Below are positions 8,735-16,799 of a stretch of 26,055 nt of DNA, one piece after another (the first letter of the stretch is position 1; the number at the start of each line of letters is the position of its first letter). This stretch comes from a virus. Taxonomy: Duplodnaviria > Caudoviricetes. The translations under genes and the position numbers were made by a program. Where the stretch lies: positions 1 through 26,055 of IMG/VR virus record IMGVR_UViG_3300020044_006358; one strand, given 5' to 3'. The notes under the pieces are model-generated. The model did not search any database, had not been told where the DNA came from, and was given only the letters and a program-made list of their open reading frames with translations.

Positions 8735-10407
8735 TGTCACTTAATGGCTCAGGCGTATTCACGGTAAACAGCGCAGGCCAACCAGTGGTTGCCGCTACGC
8801 TGATTGACGCTACAGTATTCAACGCATTCACGGCAGACGTTGCTACTGCTCTATCTACTGCGATGTACAAAGATGGACAGCAGACGCCTACGGGGAATAT
8901 CCCTATGGGTGGCTTCCGCATGACAAACATGGGAGCGGGCATTGCTGCAAGTGATAGCGCGGTGTTATCGCAGCTTTCAAACGGTGCGGCGGTGTATGTT
9001 TCAGGTGTGGGTGGTACGGCGAACGCTATTACTTTGACGCCTTCCCCGGCTATTGCTGCTTACGCTGCTGGACAGATATTCCGCTTCATCGTTGGCACTA
9101 CGAATACTGGTGCGGTGACGATTGCAACAAGTTCCTTGACTGCAAGAAACCTCAAAAAGCGCACTTCGGGCGGATTGGTTGCCGTAGTTGCAAATGATCT
9201 TATCGCTGGATGCGAATACGCAATTTACGACGATGGCACACAGTACATTCTTGAGGGTGTCCGTGTGTACTCTCAAGGCGCTGACGTATCCTCTGCCGGA
9301 ACGGTGAACCTAAATACCGCTACGGGAGATTATTTACACATTACCGGCGTTACCGCTATCACGGCGATTACCCTTGCTCAAGGGGAAGAACGAACAATCG
9401 TATTTGATGGCATTCTGACGTTCACGCATGGGGCGAGTCTGATTCTCCCTGGTGCTGCGAATATAACCACTGCTGCCAACGACATTGCTGTAGTAAGGGG
9501 TGAGGCTTCCGGTGTTGTGCGGTGTGTAAGTTACATCAAAGCAAACGGTACTGCTGTTGTTGTTGCTACGCCAACGGTTACTACTGTTTGTGCTGCTGTA
9601 CGGCAAACTGTTTCTGGTGGGCCTACTGACTCCAATGGTTTACCTAATCTTTCTGGCTCAACCGGCTCAACTACTGTTACCACTTCAAACATTGCAAGCA
9701 GCGCACCTTTAGCGGTAGCGGCGGCATACGGATTTGACAACACTACCGGAAAGGCTTTGGACTATTTCGGGTTTAGCACTTCAAACTTGTCATGGACAGG
9801 TCTATCAACGGACGGAACAATGTATTTGTACGTTGATGTAAACCTTACCACTGGCGCTATTACTACTGGAAGCGTTACTCTAGCCCCTACCTACCAATGG
9901 GGTGGTACTTACAGCACTACCAACAACCAGCACACGTACAATATTCAAGAAGGCGTAATGAAGGTTGGTAATGGTGCAACAGCCTCACAGGTTGCCCGTG
10001 TTTTTGTTGGTCAAGTAACGGTTGCTGGTAGTGTAGTAACGGCAATTACTTGGTACGCATATAACGGGCGCTATGTTGGGCCGTGGGTTGCAACACTTCC
10101 AGGAATTTCTACAAAAATTTCGCAAAACCACAATCTTGGTGTTTCGACTAGTCGCGCCGCGCTACAGGTTCTTTGCACAACCACTGACAACGGTTTTTCT
10201 GTTGGGGATATTTTGGAGGGTGTTAGCACTTCTGAAAATGGCGGCCCTTACTCTGCACCACTTTCGGTTAGAAGTACAACGCTTCTTGCAAGCACCACAA
10301 CTGGTAACAGAACGGCTTGGATAGTAATACCCGAAACTGGTGGAAGTTTTGGTTCAATGACTGCTGCATCGTGGTCATATCGTTTTTTTGTTCAAAGAGG
10401 TTGGTAA
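8734..10407 (+). CDS. Tail fibre / receptor-binding protein
   Basis: 557 aa Thr/Gly/Ala-rich beta protein; N-terminal anchor-like NGSG..QPVV..DGQQTPTGNIPMGG; last structural gene before lysis. Confidence 0.8.
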   Translation: MSLNGSGVFTVNSAGQPVVAATLIDATVFNAFTADVATALSTAMYKDGQQTPTGNIPMGGFRMTNMGAGIAASDSAVLSQLSNGAAVYVSGVGGTANAITLTPSPAIAAYAAGQIFRFIVGTTNTGAVTIATSSLTARNLKKRTSGGLVAVVANDLIAGCEYAIYDDGTQYILEGVRVYSQGADVSSAGTVNLNTATGDYLHITGVTAITAITLAQGEERTIVFDGILTFTHGASLILPGAANITTAANDIAVVRGEASGVVRCVSYIKANGTAVVVATPTVTTVCAAVRQTVSGGPTDSNGLPNLSGSTGSTTVTTSNIASSAPLAVAAAYGFDNTTGKALDYFGFSTSNLSWTGLSTDGTMYLYVDVNLTTGAITTGSVTLAPTYQWGGTYSTTNNQHTYNIQEGVMKVGNGATASQVARVFVGQVTVAGSVVTAITWYAYNGRYVGPWVATLPGISTKISQNHNLGVSTSRAALQVLCTTTDNGFSVGDILEGVSTSENGGPYSAPLSVRSTTLLASTTTGNRTAWIVIPETGGSFGSMTAASWSYRFFVQRGW

Positions 10408-10424
10408 AACTTAAAAGGATAAAA

Positions 10425-10787
10425 ATGACTTCACCAGCCGACCCCGTAACGGTTTCAACAACTGCCGGGGCAATGGTAGTTGCCGCAAGCACTGTAAACG
10501 GGGCATATCCTGTTGCTGTGATATTCGCCTCGCTCATAGGCGCAATTGTCTGGACGCTTGTATCAAAGCCTGAAAACTTCTACTCTGCAATGACTACTCT
10601 AGCGGTAGGTTCATTTGTTGGCGTATTTGGCTCCCCTGCTGTGCTTGCTTTTGCAAAGGGAAATACCGACTACAAGTGGATTGAGCAAATGGACAGAGAT
10701 CATGTTGCAGGGCTTTTAGCACTTCTTGGAAACCTTATATTGGCTCTTGCCGTTAAACTCATTGGCGCTAAAGGGGGCGCAAAATGA
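10425..10787 (+). CDS. Putative holin
   Basis: AAGGA RBS before ATG 10425; 120 aa with about three hydrophobic segments and a basic C-terminus; first gene of the lysis cassette. Confidence 0.65.
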   Translation: MTSPADPVTVSTTAGAMVVAASTVNGAYPVAVIFASLIGAIVWTLVSKPENFYSAMTTLAVGSFVGVFGSPAVLAFAKGNTDYKWIEQMDRDHVAGLLALLGNLILALAVKLIGAKGGAK

Positions 10788-11137
10788 TATTGCATTGGTG
10801 CCTTCTAACCGTTCTTTTTCTGTTTGCCGCTCGATTCTTCTACAAACTCAAATGGAATGAATACCCCTCTCTATTCCTTGCCTCCGTGGTTATGATAGCT
10901 GCGCTTTGGATGCTGCGTAAAGGCCCGACAGAGGAAGGTACACTATGCCTAATGCTGGCTTTTGCCATTGGCGGGCTTAGGTATTTGTGGCATGAATTGT
11001 GCGATTGGATGCGGGCGCATGGCTACATGAAAGACCATCGCTATGTAGAGCGCCGGAAAAGCAACGTGCACCGGCTGGAATCGGATGAGGGAGACTTTAC
11101 CCGCGCTATTCGATCTGTTCAAAGGAAAACCGCATGA
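10784..11137 (+). CDS. Membrane protein of the lysis cassette (second holin/antiholin candidate)
   Basis: Three hydrophobic segments followed by a charged tail; between holin and endolysin. Confidence 0.55.
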   Translation: MILHWCLLTVLFLFAARFFYKLKWNEYPSLFLASVVMIAALWMLRKGPTEEGTLCLMLAFAIGGLRYLWHELCDWMRAHGYMKDHRYVERRKSNVHRLESDEGDFTRAIRSVQRKTA

Positions 11138-11538
11138 TTACCCGCGATGATTACTTTATGGGGCGCGACAAGAAATACGCCTCAGAATTGACGCCAGAAA
11201 TTGAGGCGAACGCGCAAGTAACCATTGACCGTGCAAACCGGCTGCTGACGTACTATTACGATGCAAACCCCGATGCGAACCGATGCAAGGTAAATTCTGG
11301 CTGGCGTCCTGCTGCGGTAAATGCCTCTACTCCCGGCGCTGCTAAGAAGTCTAAGCACATGCTAGGGCAAGCGGTAGACCTGTCAGACGATGGAAGCCTT
11401 TACCAATGGTGCGAGGAAAACCAGCCGATGCTGGAAATGATTGGCCTATGGATGGAAAACGAGCGAGATACGCCGACTTGGTGCCATCTGCAATCAATCG
11501 CGCCTGGAAGCGGAAACCGGATTTTTTACGCTAAATAA
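11134..11538 (+). CDS. Endolysin, Zn peptidase M15 family
   Basis: NSGWR..N...GAAKKSKHMLGQAVD..WCHLQ: SxH-x6-D plus distal H zinc-ligand pattern. Confidence 0.85.
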   Translation: MITRDDYFMGRDKKYASELTPEIEANAQVTIDRANRLLTYYYDANPDANRCKVNSGWRPAAVNASTPGAAKKSKHMLGQAVDLSDDGSLYQWCEENQPMLEMIGLWMENERDTPTWCHLQSIAPGSGNRIFYAK

Positions 11539-12026
11539 TGCCGTTCCTTCTATCCCTGCTAACCAACAAGTTTGCAATTATTGGGATTGCGTTTGCGCTG
11601 GTTATCGGTTTTGGAGCCGTACAAACGCACAGGTTCAACGCAATTACCGCAGAGTACGAATCCTTCAAGGTAGCAACTAAAGCGGCTGGAATCGCCGCAC
11701 AGCAAGCCGCAGACGCCAGGATTGCCGCAGACAAGGAACGAAAGGAACAATCAGATGCAAAGTACAAAACTAGGATTGTTGCTCTTGCCGCTAATAATGA
11801 GCGCCTGCGCATCGAGCGTGCCAATCGCAGTGAATTGCCCGCCTCCCCGCCCAATACCAAATGTCCTGATGGACTCGCCTGTTTTGACCGAGCCATCCTT
11901 AGCGGAGCGTTACAACGCCTTGATGCAGGAGTTTCGGGAATCATTGACGAAGGCGATAAGGTAACGCTGCGACTCAAGTTGGCGGTTGAGTGGGCGATGC
12001 TACCGGACTATCATGGTAATAAGTAA
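11538..12026 (+). CDS. Inner-membrane spanin (Rz-like)
   Basis: N-terminal TM helix then coiled coil; directly after the endolysin; contains an embedded lipoprotein gene. Confidence 0.8.
   Translation: MPFLLSLLTNKFAIIGIAFALVIGFGAVQTHRFNAITAEYESFKVATKAAGIAAQQAADARIAADKERKEQSDAKYKTRIVALAANNERLRIERANRSELPASPPNTKCPDGLACFDRAILSGALQRLDAGVSGIIDEGDKVTLRLKLAVEWAMLPDYHGNK
11755..11964 (+). CDS. Outer-membrane spanin lipoprotein (Rz1-like), fully embedded in Rz in the +1 frame
   Basis: AAGGA RBS; MQSTKLGLLLLPLIMSA-C lipobox; Pro-rich CPPPRPIP. Confidence 0.85.
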   Translation: MQSTKLGLLLLPLIMSACASSVPIAVNCPPPRPIPNVLMDSPVLTEPSLAERYNALMQEFRESLTKAIR

Positions 12027-12079
12027 GGCATGCCTCATAATTCAACCAGCCTCTCTCGCCATCCGTTCAATGCGTGATT

Positions 12080-12352
12080 TCATTCCCCCTTCGGCATCTG
12101 CGCCTTGATTGCGTCTAGGCATGCGTTGTGTCCGACAACTCTGCCAACTTCAATTGGCGGCGTATGCGCGTCATAGGTTTTGCGCTCCGGCAGCTTCACC
12201 TCCGCGCCTGAGATGTCAACTTTGCTGGCGGCGAGAAAGTTATCCCAATAGGGCAAAGGCTTCGGCACAACCTTCCCGCCCACTGAGCCATCCTTGTTCA
12301 CCACTTCGCCAGTGTCGGCGTCTACGGGGATTAGTACGATGCGACGGGTCAT
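12080..12352 (-). CDS. Hypothetical phage accessory protein
   Basis: Coupled start/stop with the upstream gene; GHNACLDAI motif common in phage accessory proteins. Confidence 0.65.
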   Translation of the reverse strand: MTRRIVLIPVDADTGEVVNKDGSVGGKVVPKPLPYWDNFLAASKVDISGAEVKLPERKTYDAHTPPIEVGRVVGHNACLDAIKAQMPKGE

Positions 12353-12513
12353 TGCGCAGCCTCAAAGACAGGCATCAATGTTTTGGACATGCCACCCGCA
12401 ACCGAAGGCGGAAACGAATAAATATATTTGTCAGCATCTTTTTCCGTCTTGAACAGCATTACCGACACTTTGTTCGCAACTGCCCACACGTGCGGGTAGG
12501 GTACTTCTTCCAT
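12349..12513 (-). CDS. Hypothetical protein (~54 aa)
   Basis: Start coupled to the upstream stop; fills the operon. Confidence 0.55.
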   Translation of the reverse strand: MEEVPYPHVWAVANKVSVMLFKTEKDADKYIYSFPPSVAGGMSKTLMPVFEAAQ

Positions 12514-12719
12514 CACACACCGCCTTTCTTCATCGTTTCCCATTTGGTGAGGAGTTGTCGCACTGGTACTGCGTAACGTTCTTCGTAGCATTCTTCAAGC
12601 TGCGTTGCCAACTCCTCGCACATGAGTTCCAGTTCTGCCATGTCATCGGGGTTTACAACTTCTCCCCCTTCTGCTGTGTGCCAGTATTTAGCGCGGTCAG
12701 TAATCGGTGTGTTGCTCAC
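12513..12719 (-). CDS. Hypothetical protein (start uncertain)
   Basis: SNTPITD..MAELE start pattern typical of phage small proteins. Confidence 0.55.
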   Translation of the reverse strand: MSNTPITDRAKYWHTAEGGEVVNPDDMAELELMCEELATQLEECYEERYAVPVRQLLTKWETMKKGGV

Positions 12720-12727
12720 AGTGGTTT

Positions 12728-13489
12728 CTACTTCATTGCTGCGTCGATTGCTGCGTCTAGCGGATATTCGGTATTGTCTGAGGCGTGATACCAAATTCGC
12801 GCACCGGATAAGACAGGGCCATTTTGTTCAGCAGGGTTGTAGTGCGTCATGTTTTGACGCAACCACCGATACCGCTCCGCATCTGCTTTCAACGCATCAC
12901 GCTCGGCTTCCAACTCTGCGATGTGATTAGCCTGCCGTGCGGTTGTGTCGCGGTAAAACTGCTTCCTGCGCGTTTGCTTTGCTACCTCTTTACTCAGGCT
13001 GGTGAGTGCGTCGGCTGCCTCACATAGTTTTACGTCAATCTTCGGGTCAATCTGGTCAAACGCATGTCTACGCAACCATGCGCCCAACTCCGCAACATCA
13101 GGCTCAACGCCGTGTGCTTTGTCACGAAACTCCGCAACTGCATCGTAGATGTCTGGTTCATCAGGCACACCAACAGCAGTATTGGTAGCTACAGTGGGCC
13201 TTTCGGCCTGGATCGTAGTTCCTTCTGCTGTGGTGTGTTCGGCGTATAGCTGCGGGCGCGACTTCGCCCAATCCTCGTAAGTCTGCTCGACTCTTGCTAT
13301 GTTCGCAACCGGCTCCGGTGTTGCTTGGGCTTGGGCGCGAAGAAACTTGGCAACTGGCTCGCCAAACTGCTGCACCCATGCTGTGCAAGAAATGGAAGCG
13401 CCAAACGCATTTATTCCCGGCCCGCCACGCGCTCCGATTAGCACCGTTTCAAGCGCCTCTGCCTGCGCTAGTAGTTCGTTCTTGGTCAT
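12728..13489 (-). CDS. Mosaic accessory protein (Ead/Ea22-like C-terminus)
   Basis: AGGAG RBS before ATG 13489; coiled coil then DAERYRWLR...LDAAIDAAM motif. Confidence 0.7.
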   Translation of the reverse strand: MTKNELLAQAEALETVLIGARGGPGINAFGASISCTAWVQQFGEPVAKFLRAQAQATPEPVANIARVEQTYEDWAKSRPQLYAEHTTAEGTTIQAERPTVATNTAVGVPDEPDIYDAVAEFRDKAHGVEPDVAELGAWLRRHAFDQIDPKIDVKLCEAADALTSLSKEVAKQTRRKQFYRDTTARQANHIAELEAERDALKADAERYRWLRQNMTHYNPAEQNGPVLSGARIWYHASDNTEYPLDAAIDAAMK

Positions 13490-13506
13490 ACTTTCTCCTG
13501 TTGGGT

Positions 13507-13610
13507 GGGGCGGCGGGCTACCTTCGTTTTTTCCGTACTGTCTTGCCCTAGTGGGCGATCCTTTCACGAGATTGCACCCCTGCAATCCAACTCAAGTCAT
13601 GCGCCGCCCC
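13507..13610 (-). ncRNA. Putative structured intergenic RNA element
   Basis: 9-bp closing stem GGGGCGGCG/CGCCGCCCC enclosing GATTGCA-GGGG-TGCAATC and GCCC-ACTA-GGGC hairpins. Confidence 0.4.
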
Positions 13611-13616
13611 GTTGAT

Positions 13617-13694
13617 CTACACAACTGCAACAATCACCACAGCCGCAACCAAAAACCAGAGCTTGAACCAGTGATTAAAGATAAAGCGTTTCAT
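13617..13694 (-). CDS. 25-aa hydrophobic peptide MKRFIFNHWFKLWFLVAAVVIVAVV
   Basis: ATG overlaps the annealase stop (ATGA); single TM-like stretch; below the ORF-track cutoff. Confidence 0.4.
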   Translation of the reverse strand: MKRFIFNHWFKLWFLVAAVVIVAVV

Positions 13695-14404
13695 TCAGCC
13701 GCTTTCCATCCAGGCTTAATCACGCCATTCCGAAGGCCGGAATACTCTTTCAGCACCGCCCAAAGGTACAGTTTTTCGCCGTTGTCTGTGATTCCCGAAA
13801 CTTCATCGAAAGCGCCAGGATTATCGCCAGCCTCAAACTTTGCAACGGACTTCTTGGCAGCATCGAACAACTCAAAAGCGCGTGATTCCTCAATTTCGTA
13901 GTGTTCAGTCTTGGTCAGCGGATTAACCAATTTCGGAGCAGCTTTAGCCTCTGCCTTAGTGCGAACAGGCTCCTCTTCGCCGTGCAAATCGCCTTTGTGC
14001 CACAAGTCCAAAGCAGCACCAAACCGCATTGCAGCATTGCGAAGGGCATCTCCGATACGCTCTTTTGTTGCATTTCCTCCTGTTTTGCCCTGAGCATCGC
14101 CGTACCCCAAGCGGGTAACGCCGCAGATGGTCAGGCGAATCCACATCCCACCATCTTTATCAATTACCGGCAAGCCATCAGTACCTACTGCAAGCGGCTC
14201 CCATGACCAGTTAGGGTCAACGTCAAGCAAGCGGTCTGTAAGCGCGGCATGGCCCACATAATCAAGATGCAAGGCCGGTAGACCGTGATACCCGCCGCAC
14301 TCGTTGCATTTCCCCTTCGGGCTGTCTGAGCGGTACGGCTTTGGGAGTTTGCTGATCTGGTGCGGCTCAAACGGCTTCCGCAGTAGTGCGAGGTTTTCAA
14401 TCAC
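13691..14404 (-). CDS. Single-strand annealing protein, Rad52/Rad22 (Sak-like) family
   Basis: LDYVGHAALTDRLLDVDPNWSW..IRLTICGVTRLGYG..KERIGDALRNAAMRFG.ALDLW. Confidence 0.85.
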   Translation of the reverse strand: MIENLALLRKPFEPHQISKLPKPYRSDSPKGKCNECGGYHGLPALHLDYVGHAALTDRLLDVDPNWSWEPLAVGTDGLPVIDKDGGMWIRLTICGVTRLGYGDAQGKTGGNATKERIGDALRNAAMRFGAALDLWHKGDLHGEEEPVRTKAEAKAAPKLVNPLTKTEHYEIEESRAFELFDAAKKSVAKFEAGDNPGAFDEVSGITDNGEKLYLWAVLKEYSGLRNGVIKPGWKAAE

Positions 14405-14565
14405 GGTTTCGCTCCTGTTTCAATTGCCCATGCTAGGGCGGCTTTTTCCTGCGCGGAATCACGCGCAATATCTTCCAAAAACTCCATCAGAGACTCCTGC
14501 GCGGCGTAACGATCTTCCGGCAGTTCTTCCGGCTCAATCCAGGGCGGGAAATTGTCGGCGCTCAT
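14401..14565 (-). CDS. 54-aa acidic hypothetical protein (MSADNFPPWIEPEEL...)
   Basis: Read by hand; GGAG RBS and 4-nt overlaps with both neighbours. Confidence 0.6.
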   Translation of the reverse strand: MSADNFPPWIEPEELPEDRYAAQESLMEFLEDIARDSAQEKAALAWAIETGAKP

Positions 14566-14753
14566 TTCTTGTTCTCCACGTTAATGTAACCCGCCACAGT
14601 ACCGCACTTGAGGCTAACGGCTTTGGCCCCTTGCGTTACGCCATCCAGCCGTGCCAATTCAATCTTGGCGCGGTAATCGTCCTGCATACTTTGATACATC
14701 AGCAGCAGCGCAAAGAAACACGCGCATAACAGGCAGTCTACGAGTGTTTTCAT
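14562..14753 (-). CDS. Small protein with N-terminal TM helix
   Basis: ATG 14753 overlaps the upstream stop; MKTLVDCLLCACFFALLLMY. Confidence 0.6.
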   Translation of the reverse strand: MKTLVDCLLCACFFALLLMYQSMQDDYRAKIELARLDGVTQGAKAVSLKCGTVAGYINVENKK

Positions 14754-15055
14754 GCCCACAACCTCGCTGCATCGTTCAAAGCGTTGTCGGCAGCCCGCGC
14801 AGCAATCAGGCCAATCTTGAGGAACGGCGCATTGTCGCTGCCAACTGCAAACATATTCGGATTGGCTTTCAACTGCGCTGCCAGTTCGCGGCAAACCGCA
14901 TCGGCAATTTGGAGTGCTGCTTCGTCAATCCACTGTGACGCTTGACCTGCGGCAAACTCATCCAGCATCTTCTCGTAGCCGCGCTCTAGCGCCATTTCGG
15001 ACGCAAGTTCTTCATCGCGCCGCCATGCTTGGTATTCTTCTTCAAAAGCATCCAT
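14750..15055 (-). CDS. Acidic hypothetical protein, first gene of the leftward operon
   Basis: Strong AGGAG RBS; 101 aa. Confidence 0.7.
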   Translation of the reverse strand: MDAFEEEYQAWRRDEELASEMALERGYEKMLDEFAAGQASQWIDEAALQIADAVCRELAAQLKANPNMFAVGSDNAPFLKIGLIAARAADNALNDAARLWA

Positions 15056-15257
15056 GATTCCTCCTGTCTAATTGGTGGGGCGGGCCACCCCGTTAATGCT
15101 GCCCGAAAACCAACTGCGGTACTACGCACTGCGCTTGATTCTCTACTCGGCGGCAATCTACCTAAGTTATTTGCCTGTCTAGCTGCCCCGGTACTGTTAC
15201 TTCCGGCGCTACTGCCTAGAACCGTTTGCATCGCGGCGCTTTCGCTACCGTAGACAG

Positions 15258-15348
15258 ATATTGCGCCTTTTCACAACCCGTTGTCAATACCCAAATGCAA
15301 ATATATTTTAGCTAGGCAGTTGACAAGGAGTTGTGTATGTGAGTAAAT
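15258..15348. promoter_or_regulatory. Divergent sigma70-type promoters with a shared operator-like motif
   Basis: TTGACA on both strands (15282-15287 minus, 15320-15325 plus), each inside a 14/16-identical inverted repeat TTGACAA(C/G)G(G/A)GTTGTG; -10 boxes weak. Confidence 0.7.
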
Positions 15349-15353
15349 GCGGC

Positions 15354-15503
15354 ATGGACTACAAAACGAAACTCAAGCAATGGGCATCGCGCAAGAATGA
15401 AATGCGTAAGATGCTTCGGGCCGGAATGTCAAAAGCCGATGTAGCAAGGCATTTTGGCGTTACCCCTCAACGTGTCGGCGCAATGTTTGCGAAGGCTAAA
15501 TGA
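15354..15503 (+). CDS. 49-aa Cro-like HTH regulator (missing from the ORF track)
   Basis: MDYKTKLKQWASRKNEMRKMLRAGMSKADVARHFGVTPQRVGAMFAKAK; clear HTH; first gene after the rightward promoter. Confidence 0.85.
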   Translation: MDYKTKLKQWASRKNEMRKMLRAGMSKADVARHFGVTPQRVGAMFAKAK

Positions 15504-15537
15504 ACCTCCTGGTCGCAGCCTTCGCAGGCGCGACTTT

Positions 15538-15572
15538 GCGCCACTCGACTCCGGTTGGGTGGCGCTTTTTTT
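15538..15572 (+). terminator. Intrinsic terminator after the Cro-like gene
   Basis: GCGCCACTCGAC-TCCG-GTTGGGTGGCGC followed by T7. Confidence 0.85.
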
Positions 15573-15584
15573 ATTCGGTGATAT

Positions 15585-15860
15585 ATGCGTGCTGCTAAGG
15601 TAGACGCAAATCAAAGTGAAATTGTGCAAGCCTTGCGCGAAGCTGGCGCTACTGTTCAGCACTTACACAAGGTTGGTCAAGGTTGCCCGGATTTACTCGT
15701 AGGGTACATGCGGCGCAACTACATGCTTGAAGTGAAATTGACCAAGACATGCTTAAACGAAATACAAGTGAAATGGCATCGCAACTGGTTTGGACAGGTT
15801 GCGATTGTTCGTAGCGCAGAGGAAGCATTACAAGTGATAGGGGCGACAAATGGAAACTAA
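15585..15860 (+). CDS. VRR-NUC-like PD-(D/E)XK nuclease
   Basis: DANQ.EIV.ALR..G..G.PDLLVG....MLEVK motif. Confidence 0.8.
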   Translation: MRAAKVDANQSEIVQALREAGATVQHLHKVGQGCPDLLVGYMRRNYMLEVKLTKTCLNEIQVKWHRNWFGQVAIVRSAEEALQVIGATNGN

Positions 15861-16338
15861 GCAATACACAACGATTGACCGGATTGAAAAAGGTTGGCCG
15901 TCTGGTGAATGGGATGGGGGACCAGACAAAGTGCAATGGCAAGATGAAACTACAAAAATGCCATGCCTTGCTGTTCGTAATAGTTGGAATGGTAATTGGT
16001 GCGGATATGTCGGAGTTTCCGAAACGCATCAACATTACGGCAAAAACTACGATGACGTTGACGCCGATGTTCATGGTGGTTTGACATTTGCCGACAAATG
16101 CCAGCCTAGCAATGACGAATCAACAGGGATTTGTCATGTTCCAAGTGCGGGGGAGCCTGACCATGTTTGGTGGTTTGGATTTGATTGCGCTCACGGTGGA
16201 GATTACGGCCCCGGTGATTTGAAACGTTCGCAAGAGCGAGGTTATCCGTTCACAATTTGTGCAGATGAAGAATACCGCTCTTTGTCGTATGTGAAGAATC
16301 AGTGTGCAAAATTAGCGGCACAACTTGTTGCCAAATAG
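15850..16338 (+). CDS. Conserved phage hypothetical protein, probable metal binder
   Basis: WCGYV, VHGGLTF and WWFGFDCAH motifs. Confidence 0.75.
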   Translation: METKQYTTIDRIEKGWPSGEWDGGPDKVQWQDETTKMPCLAVRNSWNGNWCGYVGVSETHQHYGKNYDDVDADVHGGLTFADKCQPSNDESTGICHVPSAGEPDHVWWFGFDCAHGGDYGPGDLKRSQERGYPFTICADEEYRSLSYVKNQCAKLAAQLVAK

Positions 16339-16339
16339 C

Positions 16340-16486
16340 ATGGACATTCTTAACTCACTCCTAATCGGCGGCATAGCTGCCGCTGGAGTCTACGGTCTGG
16401 TATGCCTGTTATCTGCCGCTTGCGACCTAAACGAGACAATCGAAGAACGGGCCGAACGGGAAGTTTTGGAGAAGATGGATGATTAG
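16340..16486 (+). CDS. 48-aa membrane peptide (MDILNSLLIGGIAAAGVYGLVCLL...)
   Basis: Read by hand; fills the gap between neighbouring genes. Confidence 0.55.
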   Translation: MDILNSLLIGGIAAAGVYGLVCLLSAACDLNETIEERAEREVLEKMDD

Positions 16487-16799
16487 CGATCAAGAAGTAG
16501 AGAAGGCTTTGGACTACATGCGCGACAACGCAACCAAAGCAGCACAAGCGCGGGCTAACCTTGCTTACATGGACGAGTTTCGCAAGGTGCTAAAGGGAAC
16601 CATCATGCGCGAGAACCAGACGCTTGCACTTGGCGCACAAGAAGCCATAGCGTATGCCGACCCGCGATATGCTGAGCATTTGAAAGCAACGCAAACGGCT
16701 AATTTTGAGGATGCCCGCTGGCGCTTTACGATGGAAGCTGCAAGGGCAAAAATTGACGCATGGCAGACACAATCGGCTAATAACCGCAAGGGCATATGA
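16479..16799 (+). CDS. Helical phage protein, possibly UvsY-like recombination mediator
   Basis: GGAG RBS; QEAIAYADPRY..W...AN.R pattern. Confidence 0.55.
   Translation: MISDQEVEKALDYMRDNATKAAQARANLAYMDEFRKVLKGTIMRENQTLALGAQEAIAYADPRYAEHLKATQTANFEDARWRFTMEAARAKIDAWQTQSANNRKGI

Noticed and set aside
2515-9743. Many antisense and alternate-frame ORFs inside structural genes
   Set aside because: Shadow ORFs without RBS or motifs, opposite well-supported coupled genes.
10000-10407. DGR variable region in the tail fibre
   Set aside because: No template repeat or reverse transcriptase seen in the window.
12000-12083. Truncated ORF MKSRIERMAREAG* at the end of the leftward operon
   Set aside because: May be a decayed or frameshifted gene but is too short to support.
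13500-13612. tRNA or tmRNA gene
   Set aside because: Acceptor-like stem only; no TTC T-loop, D-arm or anticodon arm.
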